20,000 bases of DNA from an uncultured virus (IMG/VR IMGVR_UViG_3300002514_000019) (IMGVR_UViG_3300002514_000019:52303-72302); one strand, 5' to 3'. Numbered from the stretch's first letter, positions 8,394-16,879 are shown. Notes: a model not told the origin generated them from the letters alone. Made by a program: numbers and translations.

Positions 8394-9650
8394 CTAGTCG
8401 GCAGGAGCTGGCATAATTGTGGGTTGAACAAACCCAAAACGAATGTCTACGACAGGTGTAACAGCTATGCACCACCTAAGTATCGCTCGTGACATAGCAT
8501 TATCCGCGGCTGTGGATGTCTTAAAAGATCCAGGCCCTATTGATAGTGGTCCTACGTATGGTGGTGGAATTTTTGGTGGAACACTAAAAATCATATTGCT
8601 ACCCTGGGTCATTTTGGATAGGAGATGGGTCTCTACATCTGACTGAATTGCATTCAGAAGCTTAACATGCCATGCACGAATGGTGCTAACATACGTACTG
8701 ATGTCTGCGTCTGAAAGCGTTCGAGCACCGTTAGCATCTACAGCAGATTCCCATGTTGTTATCGTCTCTCTCTCCGTCTCGGTAGCTCCCCCGGCCTGAT
8801 ATAATCCTAGGCTCTTTAAAATTTCTTCTACCTTTGTTGACAAGGGTGCAACAAAGCCCATGGGCTTAAATGGTTGGAGACCATATGCTATTTTAAGCTC
8901 CGGAAAAACTGTTTCTTGAATTGCCAAAACCCACCTCGTCTCAAGTACTTCCATCGTGGTAGGATATGCCTCACCATTCATATCAGCACCTGCCGATTGA
9001 TGATGATGGGGCTCAGCATCTATAAAATCATAAAGTGGGGGTGTTGATGAATCACCGGAAGGTACAGTGCCACCAGCCTTGATAATACTGTCACTTACTA
9101 CCTTATTAATATCTTCAAAGATTACTTCAGAATTAAAGTCAGAAGAGCCAGAAACTGCGTCGCCTATTATTGGCCCAGCAAGCTTCATAAGCTCTATATA
9201 ATCAATGACATCTGTATTTTTCTGGACTGCGGTTTCATATATACCGCGGATTGCCTTGTAAAGAGGCAAGTTTAATATTGACTCAAGAGGTATTTTACCT
9301 ACAGATGGTGGCTCAATCTGATTGTCGTCTGCATCAAATTTTTCAGTTGCCCAATACGCAGAGATAAAAGGCGACGTAGCACCGGTAACTGCTGACGCCC
9401 TGGTCAACAAATATGCTAACACTGGACCATATGTGCCGGGATCAGCTGCAACCTGAGCATCTTGTATTGTTAGGATACCACTTACATAATTTATAGAATC
9501 CTCGGAATCAGGATTATAAAAGTGGTTTAAGTTTTTTGCTACAAGATTTACATACTGTTTCCTAAAGCTAGGATCAGGTCCATAAGCATTAGAAAAAACT
9601 GGGTTCGAATCATCTTGAATTAAAGATAAAAGATCGGGAAGAGACGACAT
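8394..9650 (-). CDS. Hypothetical protein in the baseplate module (418 aa)
   Basis: Long ORF starting 8 nt after the spike gene stop. No family motif recognised; Pro-rich C-terminus. Confidence 0.75.
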   Translation of the reverse strand: MSSLPDLLSLIQDDSNPVFSNAYGPDPSFRKQYVNLVAKNLNHFYNPDSEDSINYVSGILTIQDAQVAADPGTYGPVLAYLLTRASAVTGATSPFISAYWATEKFDADDNQIEPPSVGKIPLESILNLPLYKAIRGIYETAVQKNTDVIDYIELMKLAGPIIGDAVSGSSDFNSEVIFEDINKVVSDSIIKAGGTVPSGDSSTPPLYDFIDAEPHHHQSAGADMNGEAYPTTMEVLETRWVLAIQETVFPELKIAYGLQPFKPMGFVAPLSTKVEEILKSLGLYQAGGATETERETITTWESAVDANGARTLSDADISTYVSTIRAWHVKLLNAIQSDVETHLLSKMTQGSNMIFSVPPKIPPPYVGPLSIGPGSFKTSTAADNAMSRAILRWCIAVTPVVDIRFGFVQPTIMPAPAD

Positions 9651-9658
9651 GATAAAAA

Positions 9659-11293
9659 TTAACCGCCCTTGTCAGAGATATATCCCACCTTGCTTAAAAA
9701 TTTGGGCAATTTAGATTTCAAGGTTGAACATGCCTTATTTAAGGGTTGAACTGGACTTCCGTGGCTGTCGACGGATACACCGGCCGTAGAACAAAATTCC
9801 AGGAGCATGTCATGTAAAGCCTTACCCAACACCAATGGCTCGGTGGCCGACTTTTGTGGATCACCTAAATATATTTGGTCATCTCTACCATCACCTATTA
9901 ATATTTTCTTGGCATCAATACCCAAAGTACCATCACTTAGTAGTGTTATAACACACTGGCTATCACCTGGTGTGCCTTCTTTTACAATTCGAACGCTTCC
10001 GGACTTTCGGCCGATTATCCTAACCTCGTCCGACTTTGTAACAACAAAAGGTTTAAAGCCGGCTTCCAGGGCGCTTCCGGCCCAGTCACCTTCAGGGTAT
10101 GCCAAACCAAAGCGCTGATCGCCGTCAAGTTTCATTGAAATATTAATTCTGCTCAGATCATACTCAAAATCCGGATCGCCTTCTCTAGGATTTGCTGAGA
10201 TATTGCTGGGGCCGGATTGTTGAGGATTTAATGGCGCAAAATTTATAGGATTTTTCTCGGTCTCATCATATCCTCTAAAGTTTGAACTCTTTCCGGCGGA
10301 AGTGCCAACCTCCTGGCCACGTCCGGCTACAATGTCTATAGCACCGGTTGATAAGGCGTCTTCGAGTTGCCACTTAGAGGGGGGTGAAGCACCTTCATCA
10401 GTTATCGTGCTGTTTAGCTCCGTGGGGAGTTGGCCCTGTCTTAAAATTGAGCCAGGTGTACCGGGGGTAGCATTTGATAAATTTGCCACTTCAGGAATAT
10501 AAAACATAGCCTTGTTGCTAGCTAGCGAATTCTCATCACTACCTGCATAGGGCACCCCTTTAAATTTATCAATTTGTGGAGCGGATGCTTCGTCGGCCGC
10601 GCTGTAACCACGGGATTGGCCCAAACAGATAAGTGTGTTATTGGAACCTTGCAAAGTGAGATCGCCCGGGCGGGGTGTGAAACGAGGGACAGACTCAAAA
10701 GTTGTTGCTCTGGATGCCAAAGAGCCGGTGAATATTTGATCATACCGTTCGACCGGGGAAACGGGCATTGAACTTTGTGTATTTCCCCCATTTGGAAATT
10801 CATGAAACTTTGGATAGGGTGGTTCCATCTTTACGTTCGATTCCATCATCTGGCGATCTAAATGAGTATAATTTATATCATCAACAAAGTTCGGGGCGTG
10901 AACCCTGCATACCCAGTACGCAATATCATTAATGTTATTGGGATCCGGATCAAATATCCACACAATTTCCCCAGCTTTGATGGGAAGCATAAGGTGGGGC
11001 GGAAACATAGGATATACACACATCATGTCGCTTGTTAGACGTGCGGCCGCACCCTCAGTAATCTGCACAAGCAAAGAGTTTCTCGGGGCTGCGTCAAATA
11101 TTTCCTCATTTGATGTCCTGTCACGATATGATAATCGCCTTGCTGGGCTGAGTGCTGACGGATCATACATCACCTCACACACGACTGCCTTCGTAAATAT
11201 TAGCGAAGGTACACCATCTGCGGGTGAGGGATTTTCCCTAAGGGCTACCTGCCCTAGAAAAGCCCCCACAGGATCTTGTGCAAAGATAGACAC
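9659..11293 (-). CDS. Baseplate central spike/hub protein, gp5/gpV/VgrG-like
   Basis: N-terminal OB-fold-like VYPMFPPHLMLPIKAGEIVWIF...YWV, then PGDLTLQGSNNTLICLG, and C-terminal short beta-strand repeats IDAKKILIGDG..QIYLGD...EPLVLG. Two genes upstream of gp25. GTG start with GGTGA SD. Confidence 0.65.
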   Translation of the reverse strand: MSIFAQDPVGAFLGQVALRENPSPADGVPSLIFTKAVVCEVMYDPSALSPARRLSYRDRTSNEEIFDAAPRNSLLVQITEGAAARLTSDMMCVYPMFPPHLMLPIKAGEIVWIFDPDPNNINDIAYWVCRVHAPNFVDDINYTHLDRQMMESNVKMEPPYPKFHEFPNGGNTQSSMPVSPVERYDQIFTGSLASRATTFESVPRFTPRPGDLTLQGSNNTLICLGQSRGYSAADEASAPQIDKFKGVPYAGSDENSLASNKAMFYIPEVANLSNATPGTPGSILRQGQLPTELNSTITDEGASPPSKWQLEDALSTGAIDIVAGRGQEVGTSAGKSSNFRGYDETEKNPINFAPLNPQQSGPSNISANPREGDPDFEYDLSRINISMKLDGDQRFGLAYPEGDWAGSALEAGFKPFVVTKSDEVRIIGRKSGSVRIVKEGTPGDSQCVITLLSDGTLGIDAKKILIGDGRDDQIYLGDPQKSATEPLVLGKALHDMLLEFCSTAGVSVDSHGSPVQPLNKACSTLKSKLPKFLSKVGYISDKGG

Positions 11294-11295
11294 TA

Positions 11296-11673
11296 TTAGT
11301 CACCATTAATCTTTGAAAAAATATCATCTGGATCAACTTTTGTGGCGCGCTCCTCGGATTTGTTTATGAGCTCTGCCAGCTTAAGGATCTGCTCATTGGA
11401 GCGACTCATTCTCTCCAAATACTTTGCCAAGGTAGGTCCTAACGTTATGTGTTCAGTGGTGCCTTGTTGCATCTGTTTAAATGCGCTGGTGAATAGCATT
11501 CCGGCATTTTCCCTATCTGTAACTGCATTATGGTAAATCTCTTTCCACAGCATCTTCTTTTTGTCTTCGCTTGACTCAATCGAATCAAGCAAATCTGCGA
11601 ACCCATCAATTTTAGAATTTATATCAGAAAACTTATCAAGCATGGACGAAATTTTTTCTATATTATCACTCAT
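11296..11673 (-). CDS. Small alpha-helical/coiled-coil hypothetical phage protein
   Basis: 125 aa. ATGA overlap with the sigma factor stop and GAGG SD. Amphipathic helices (LAKYLERMSRSNEQILKLAELI). Confidence 0.75.
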   Translation of the reverse strand: MSDNIEKISSMLDKFSDINSKIDGFADLLDSIESSEDKKKMLWKEIYHNAVTDRENAGMLFTSAFKQMQQGTTEHITLGPTLAKYLERMSRSNEQILKLAELINKSEERATKVDPDDIFSKINGD

Positions 11674-12395
11674 TTATCCTCTCTTAATTTTTCTTTGATT
11701 ATTTCTTTATAGTGTTTTCTAATGGACGCCATGGCGACTGACAATTGTTTTGGGCTTAGGCCCGATATGTCTCTTACATAAACAAATATTGCTCTTTTAT
11801 TCAAGAAATCAAGCTCATCGATATTCTTAAATACCGTATCTATAGCATTAATACACCTGACTTCTTTCTCGCCCCTTACACGCCCTGCAATCACCTCCAA
11901 TATATTATATATCTCTTGACGAAAACCACGATTTATTAAAATTTCGTCAGGAGGTGGGGAAAAATCAAAGTTTGATAAAATTTGTAGATCAATTTTTGAC
12001 ATAGAATCAACATCGCTTAAGCTAGTATGGCGGTATGACGTCTTTTTTAGCTTTCTCGTATGCATAATGAGCCAGTTTTTTGCAACAACGTTGAAATAAG
12101 AAAAAGCCTTTGTACCGCGGCTTGGATCCCATTTATTGAGCGTCTCGTATAAAAAGCTAACACAATCATTTTTTAGATCCTGATAGCTTTCCATTGGGGT
12201 TATAAACCCATATACAAATATCAAGTTCTCAGACAGTTTATCAAAGGCAGGCAAAATATGCTCAACATATAACTTCTCTTTTTCTTCTCTAGATTCACAG
12301 TTCTGATAGTTTTGAATTGACTCTTGTGTCTGAGGGCTGAAGTATAAGTTTGACTTTCCCTTTTTTCTTTTTATTTTTTTAATCTTCTTTGTCAA
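11670..12395 (-). CDS. Phage-encoded RNA polymerase sigma factor (sigma70 region 2; T4 gp55-like late sigma candidate)
   Basis: YQDLKNDCVSFLYETLNKWDPSRGTKAFSYFNVVAKNWL matches the region-2 pattern 'DL.Q....L......FDP.KG..F.SY....I'. Possible C-terminal HTH (AIFVYVRDISGLSPKQLSVAMASI). TTG start with GAGGA SD. Confidence 0.7.
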   Translation of the reverse strand: MTKKIKKIKRKKGKSNLYFSPQTQESIQNYQNCESREEKEKLYVEHILPAFDKLSENLIFVYGFITPMESYQDLKNDCVSFLYETLNKWDPSRGTKAFSYFNVVAKNWLIMHTRKLKKTSYRHTSLSDVDSMSKIDLQILSNFDFSPPPDEILINRGFRQEIYNILEVIAGRVRGEKEVRCINAIDTVFKNIDELDFLNKRAIFVYVRDISGLSPKQLSVAMASIRKHYKEIIKEKLREDK

Positions 12396-12397
12396 AT

Positions 12398-12700
12398 CTA
12401 TTCCTCAGTTTCCTCATTTTCATCTTCGTCTATTTTTTCTGGCTTGTTGACCAATATATTAGCAATATAGAGTACTGAGTCTTGACAGCCCTTTACATCT
12501 TTTAAAACCTGTCTTATTTCAGCACTATCATAAAATAGTGGTGTCTGTAAGATTTTAGAGATTGATGCATATCTCTCATCTAATACGTCTAAAGACTCCT
12601 CAATCGCATCTTCTACCTTTATTATAATAAGTGCAAACTTTATTAAAAAATAAACTGTTATTGTCAGAAGAAACAATAATATAACTGTAAGTACCCACAA
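12398..12700 (-). CDS. Small membrane-anchored protein (N-terminal TM helix, coiled coil, acidic tail)
   Basis: First ~27 residues are hydrophobic (MWVLTVILLFLLTITVYFLIKFALIII); C-terminus is DEDENEETEE. TTG start with GGAG SD. Confidence 0.75.
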   Translation of the reverse strand: MWVLTVILLFLLTITVYFLIKFALIIIKVEDAIEESLDVLDERYASISKILQTPLFYDSAEIRQVLKDVKGCQDSVLYIANILVNKPEKIDEDENEETEE

Positions 12701-12706
12701 AATTGC

Positions 12707-13870
12707 TTACTCCAAATAGTGCCCTATGGTCTCTTCATAGTTTGCGTTTATTGCTTCTTGCTTATACAGGGGTACAAGCTTTTCCTTAAGATCTTCAGCC
12801 CACTTGGTAGGTGCTGAATTGCCTTTATAAAACTTTCTCAATCTTTTCTTCGCGTCATCTTCGCGCGGTTCAGCCCACCTGGAACCCTTTATAAAGATAA
12901 CATTGTCGATACGTGTTGGATCAATATCAACCATATCATATTCTACCCCTATAAACTTTCCCTTTCCGAGGAAGTCTAGATGTCCAGACCACGAAGTAGC
13001 AATAACGGGTAGGCCGGAACATGTTGCCTCAAGTAGAGGAAGACCGTAACCCTCACCCCTTGTTAGCGATACTAGCGCCTTTATCTTGGGATGCCTATAC
13101 AGGCTAGCCATTTCTTCTTGTGTCATCGTACCATGTAACAGATGGAATTTGGGATATTTTCCTGGACGGACCTCTTTTAAAACAGAGCTGAATGTATTCA
13201 ACGTTACTTGCTTGTCTATCTTTGTGTTACGGCCGCTATTCGTCTTAAGGACAATACCTACGTCCTTATCATCCTTAAATTCTTCGCACAACCACTTAAG
13301 AGTATAAAACAGGTTCTTTCTATCATTTTTAGGATTATTGCCTGTTAGTTGTCCTACCACTAAAAAGTTAAAATCCGTGCTTAATTCTAAATCAAGGGAT
13401 TCTAATTCACCATCAACAATCTGTTCATAAATTGCCTCCGGGACAACATCTAAAGGCTTACTGACATATCCTGTGTTCTCAAGACAGCGCTTCGCGTGGG
13501 TGGAAGGAACAATAACATGATCCATATCATTACATGCGTGGACCCAGCTGCCATTGCACCTGTCAGTCTCCACAACCGCTGACATTCCAATATTTGTTCT
13601 GGCTAGGTTGGGATCCCATTCATTGGGTAGTTGAAGTTGTATGGAAACATCAAACCCTCCTTCAGGAGGGGGATTTGAACGGCGCATAATTTCACCAATC
13701 AAACCATTTTCAAGATCTGGATTAACCATCCAGCTAGTCATTCCCCATGGAACAATACCAACGTGAAGATCTATATTTTTTTTAGTTAAAAGATATTTGA
13801 AAACCTGTCGTGAGTGGGTACCATATCCTGAATAACTTAAAAGGGGCGCTCTTAAAATAACTTTTTTCAT
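12707..13870 (-). CDS. Glycosyltransferase family 4 (GT-B fold)
   Basis: N-terminal SGYG loop, DHVIVPS, RKNL, and the EX7E signature GEGYGLPLLEATCSGLPVIAT. Confidence 0.92.
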   Translation of the reverse strand: MKKVILRAPLLSYSGYGTHSRQVFKYLLTKKNIDLHVGIVPWGMTSWMVNPDLENGLIGEIMRRSNPPPEGGFDVSIQLQLPNEWDPNLARTNIGMSAVVETDRCNGSWVHACNDMDHVIVPSTHAKRCLENTGYVSKPLDVVPEAIYEQIVDGELESLDLELSTDFNFLVVGQLTGNNPKNDRKNLFYTLKWLCEEFKDDKDVGIVLKTNSGRNTKIDKQVTLNTFSSVLKEVRPGKYPKFHLLHGTMTQEEMASLYRHPKIKALVSLTRGEGYGLPLLEATCSGLPVIATSWSGHLDFLGKGKFIGVEYDMVDIDPTRIDNVIFIKGSRWAEPREDDAKKRLRKFYKGNSAPTKWAEDLKEKLVPLYKQEAINANYEETIGHYLE

Positions 13871-13879
13871 TACTTTTTC

Positions 13880-15121
13880 CTATAGGGTTGTGCAGTTCCA
13901 TGGCTCATATCTAGATCTCCAATTTTCATGGAGCTCAGTCAAAGTCTCATCCCATCTGGTGACGACATCATTCAGATTAAATTCAGAGTCCACATACTCT
14001 AACACTTTTTTACTTAACTTTTCTCTTTCGTCAGGAGACAATTCATATAATTTCATTATCCCCTTTGCTGTCGTCTCATTTGAACAATAATCTTCATAGA
14101 TATAGGGAACCTGTTGTGAGCCAACGAGACTCTTAAGCTCTACGGGAAGTGCAACGCCATTTTCCGTACCATCGCGGTGATCAACAACCTGTCTGGTAAG
14201 ACCACCGGTTTGCACGGCAATAATTGGGTTTCCTGTCTGCATAGACTCTAGGGTTGAAAGGCCGAAGCCTTCAGCATAACTTATTTGTATACATGTATCA
14301 GTGATGTTGTGAAGGAGATTCATGTGATCAAAGGAGACCCTCTCGGTTGAAAATACAACATTATCCTTTATTCCCAACATCTCAACAGCGCTAAGCAGAT
14401 TAGGGCCCTCTTGGTCCAGTGGATCTGTATGCATTAACAATGTAGCTTTTTTGTGGCCGTGCTGTTCTTCAAGCATATCAAGAAATAATTTCCATGATTC
14501 CAAGACATCATTCGGACGTTTTCGCCTGGCATTCCTATTAACCCATAATGCAACGAAATGGTCAAGTCGCTCTTTACCCAAAAACTGTTCTCTAAATTTC
14601 ATTTTTTCGTGTGCCGGTAATGGAAAAAACGTATCTTTGGGTAATGCATGTGGAATAAAATTTGTTCGCTCTGGTACTATTTCTTTACACATTCGGTATG
14701 TCAAGTGAGAATGACAATTAATTAAATCTGTTGACTCATAGAGAACTTTATTAAATTCTGGAACGGGATAATTATCCCAAACATGCCAGTACGCAATGGG
14801 ACATACCTGGTGGATTTCATCTTCCATCTCCCACAACCAAATAAAAAAGCGTGGATCCGTAAATATTAGTATTAAATCCGGGCGTTCGGTAGCTAGTGCC
14901 AGCCTAATCGTATCCCGATCACCGAATCCATCAATTGGTTTAATAATAAAATCATCATTGACCACAACGGTTTCGTAATTATCATGTTTAATTGCAGCGC
15001 CGAATTGTCTTACGGTCCATTTTCCTGTCTTTATAAGACCCTCTGCAAGATATCTACTCTGACAACCGACACCAGACGTACATAGCGCGTGGTCTGACAA
15101 TAACAATATTTTCTTCTTCAT
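13880..15121 (-). CDS. Glycosyltransferase family 4 (GT-B fold)
   Basis: KKILLLSDH...SGVG, VNRNARRKRP, and the EX7E signature AEGFGLSTLESMQTGNPIIA. Confidence 0.92.
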   Translation of the reverse strand: MKKKILLLSDHALCTSGVGCQSRYLAEGLIKTGKWTVRQFGAAIKHDNYETVVVNDDFIIKPIDGFGDRDTIRLALATERPDLILIFTDPRFFIWLWEMEDEIHQVCPIAYWHVWDNYPVPEFNKVLYESTDLINCHSHLTYRMCKEIVPERTNFIPHALPKDTFFPLPAHEKMKFREQFLGKERLDHFVALWVNRNARRKRPNDVLESWKLFLDMLEEQHGHKKATLLMHTDPLDQEGPNLLSAVEMLGIKDNVVFSTERVSFDHMNLLHNITDTCIQISYAEGFGLSTLESMQTGNPIIAVQTGGLTRQVVDHRDGTENGVALPVELKSLVGSQQVPYIYEDYCSNETTAKGIMKLYELSPDEREKLSKKVLEYVDSEFNLNDVVTRWDETLTELHENWRSRYEPWNCTTL

Positions 15122-15146
15122 TTATACACCATTAAAATCTAGATTA

Positions 15147-15175
15147 ATCATAAATGCCATAATTCATCAGTTAAA
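15147..15175 (-). promoter_or_regulatory. Candidate sigma70-type promoter TTTAAC-N17-TATGAT upstream of the GT4 pair
   Basis: -35 at 15175-15170, -10 at 15152-15147, 17-nt spacer. The region is AT-rich, so a chance match is possible. Confidence 0.45.
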
Positions 15176-15187
15176 TAAATAGAAAAT

Positions 15188-16045
15188 TTATTCAACCACA
15201 GCTCGTCCTTTCATTTTTTCCCAATCCCTATTCTCTCTTACCTCGTCATTCTTTTCTCTTACTGCTGAAAGTACTCTTGGAACAACGTCCATAGATTTCA
15301 TATGAAAAATGAGTGCGGATATATCTTTCGGAAAACAGTGGCCACCAAACCCATAATGCCCATCGGGACCGGGAACGGAAAAGTGTGATTTTCCTAAACG
15401 GTTGTCATATAAGGCATACTCTGTGACCTTATCATAATCTATCCCTAGCGCTTCACACATTTGATACATTTCATTTGAAAATGACACCTTCGTTGACAAG
15501 AAACAGTTAATAAAATATTTCACCATTTCAGCGTGTGTTGAACTAGTTTTTACAATAGGAATCGTAGGAAATGCCTTTCGAAACATTGTTTTCACGCGTG
15601 AGGATGATGGTCGCTCACCACCTATTATAATTCTTGACTGATTTTTAAAGTCATCAAATGAATTTGCCTCAGTCAAAAACTCTGGACTGAATACAACACT
15701 GACACAATCCGATGTTGCCTGATTTAATCTTTCAGTCGTGCCAGGAGGTATTGTTGATTTAAGTATTAATATCTTGTTGCTTAATTTATTAGACAAACAA
15801 AACGTATCGATACTATTGACAGTGTTCTCTACTAACGTGGTTACACACTCACCGGTTTTTGCCATGGGTGTGGGTAAACACACAAATATCATGTTTGCTT
15901 TTGTGACGAGCTCATTTAAAGATTCACATGTAGAAAGTTCTTTGCGAATATCATATGTCTCTATAGTATAAAAGGAGCTTAGCCCCTCACGAATTGCTGA
16001 GCCTACAAATCCCTGGCCCACAATGCCCACAATGTCATTTTTCAT
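15188..16045 (-). CDS. UDP-glucose/GDP-mannose 6-dehydrogenase family protein, short form lacking the C-terminal domain
   Basis: GIVGQGFVG Rossmann motif, FVCLPTP, KSTIPPGT, SPEFL, AEMVKY..N.FLSTKVSFSNE, and catalytic GFGGHCFPKD. AAGGAG SD. Confidence 0.9.
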   Translation of the reverse strand: MKNDIVGIVGQGFVGSAIREGLSSFYTIETYDIRKELSTCESLNELVTKANMIFVCLPTPMAKTGECVTTLVENTVNSIDTFCLSNKLSNKILILKSTIPPGTTERLNQATSDCVSVVFSPEFLTEANSFDDFKNQSRIIIGGERPSSSRVKTMFRKAFPTIPIVKTSSTHAEMVKYFINCFLSTKVSFSNEMYQMCEALGIDYDKVTEYALYDNRLGKSHFSVPGPDGHYGFGGHCFPKDISALIFHMKSMDVVPRVLSAVREKNDEVRENRDWEKMKGRAVVE

Positions 16046-16054
16046 TTTTTCTCC

Positions 16055-16879
16055 TTATGTACAATGTTCTGTATTATAGAATTGACAAAATGTACATGAT
16101 TCCCTGTTCTTTATAAAGAAACCCCTCCTAACGGAAGAAATCATGTTATTTACTATTTTTCGTGCCTTTTCGATGGCTTTTGGTCCGGAAGATATTTTAA
16201 ATAGATCACACATCTTTCCTGGTTTACCACCTCTCTTAAGAAGCACAAATCCGCAGCCAACGTCTTTTAGCGGGATATCATTTTTTGTTGCCCAGAAATA
16301 TTTGTAAAGTATAATCTGTGCATGGGTCAAAAAATCTTGCTTCTTTCTTCTATCCCACCCGTAAGACTTTGCTGTTTTCCAGTCAAGGATCCAGTATTTA
16401 TATGTCCCGTTCTTTCTTGGGACCTTAATAATGACGTCTATAAATCCCTTAAAGAGCATTTCTTTTTCCGGAATTTTTTCGTATAGCTCTTCCTCTGCCT
16501 GTACAGGTTCCCAGCCGGGAAACTCTTTATCTAAAAAAGCCGGAACGTCGTTCCACATGTTAGAGGCCCATGTGCACCACTCTTCAACGGGATGATACTT
16601 GTACCAGCCAGGTTGTTTTTTGACCCATTCAGGATCATCAAACCCGTTCTTTGTCCATGCATCTCGAATATTCTGAAGGAGTTTTTCACGGGGTACCTTA
16701 CCGGTATTTATATAACTTTCACACCCTTCATGAATATTAATACCAAAATCTAGATAAGGAGATGGCTCACTAAGATCTATTTTATCTATGTGTTGTAGTT
16801 TATGTCTATAAGGGCACTCTTTCCAATTCCTTACTTCAGAATATGATACGTGCCTCTTTCCTGTTGGGAATTCTTTCAT
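16055..16879 (-). CDS. PD-(D/E)XK nuclease, Cas4/AddB-like with four Cys (predicted Fe-S cluster)
   Basis: SYSEV..WKECPY, FGINIHEGCE, EEEL, FKGFIDVI, ILDWKT, QIILY and C-terminal CTFCQFYNTEHC. Confidence 0.88.
   Translation of the reverse strand: MKEFPTGKRHVSYSEVRNWKECPYRHKLQHIDKIDLSEPSPYLDFGINIHEGCESYINTGKVPREKLLQNIRDAWTKNGFDDPEWVKKQPGWYKYHPVEEWCTWASNMWNDVPAFLDKEFPGWEPVQAEEELYEKIPEKEMLFKGFIDVIIKVPRKNGTYKYWILDWKTAKSYGWDRRKKQDFLTHAQIILYKYFWATKNDIPLKDVGCGFVLLKRGGKPGKMCDLFKISSGPKAIEKARKIVNNMISSVRRGFFIKNRESCTFCQFYNTEHCT

Noticed and set aside
8281..8475. 64-aa minus-strand ORF spanning the gp25 upstream gap (also nested minus-strand ORFs 3770-3979 and 10522-10803)
   Set aside because: It overlaps the 418-aa gene out of frame, has atypical composition and covers an AT-rich promoter-like region. 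The nested ORFs lie wholly within larger genes.
5924..11293. Bacterial eCIS, T6SS or tailocin locus instead of a phage
   Set aside because: No Tss membrane-complex or AAA ATPase genes are visible. The T4-type gp6 length, phage-type sigma factor, solo Cas4-like nuclease and dense single-strand packing favour a large phage. Not fully excluded, because no capsid or terminase gene is in the window.
461..13882. Stop-codon reassignment (TAG readthrough) as seen in some large phages
   Set aside because: Genes are long and intact under the standard code. TAG stops at 471, 5924, 12398 and 13880 are followed within a few bases by a new start in another frame, and TAA, TAG and TGA are all used as stops.
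16055..16879. CRISPR-Cas system
   Set aside because: Only a solo Cas4-like nuclease is present; no cas1/cas2 and no repeat-spacer array seen.
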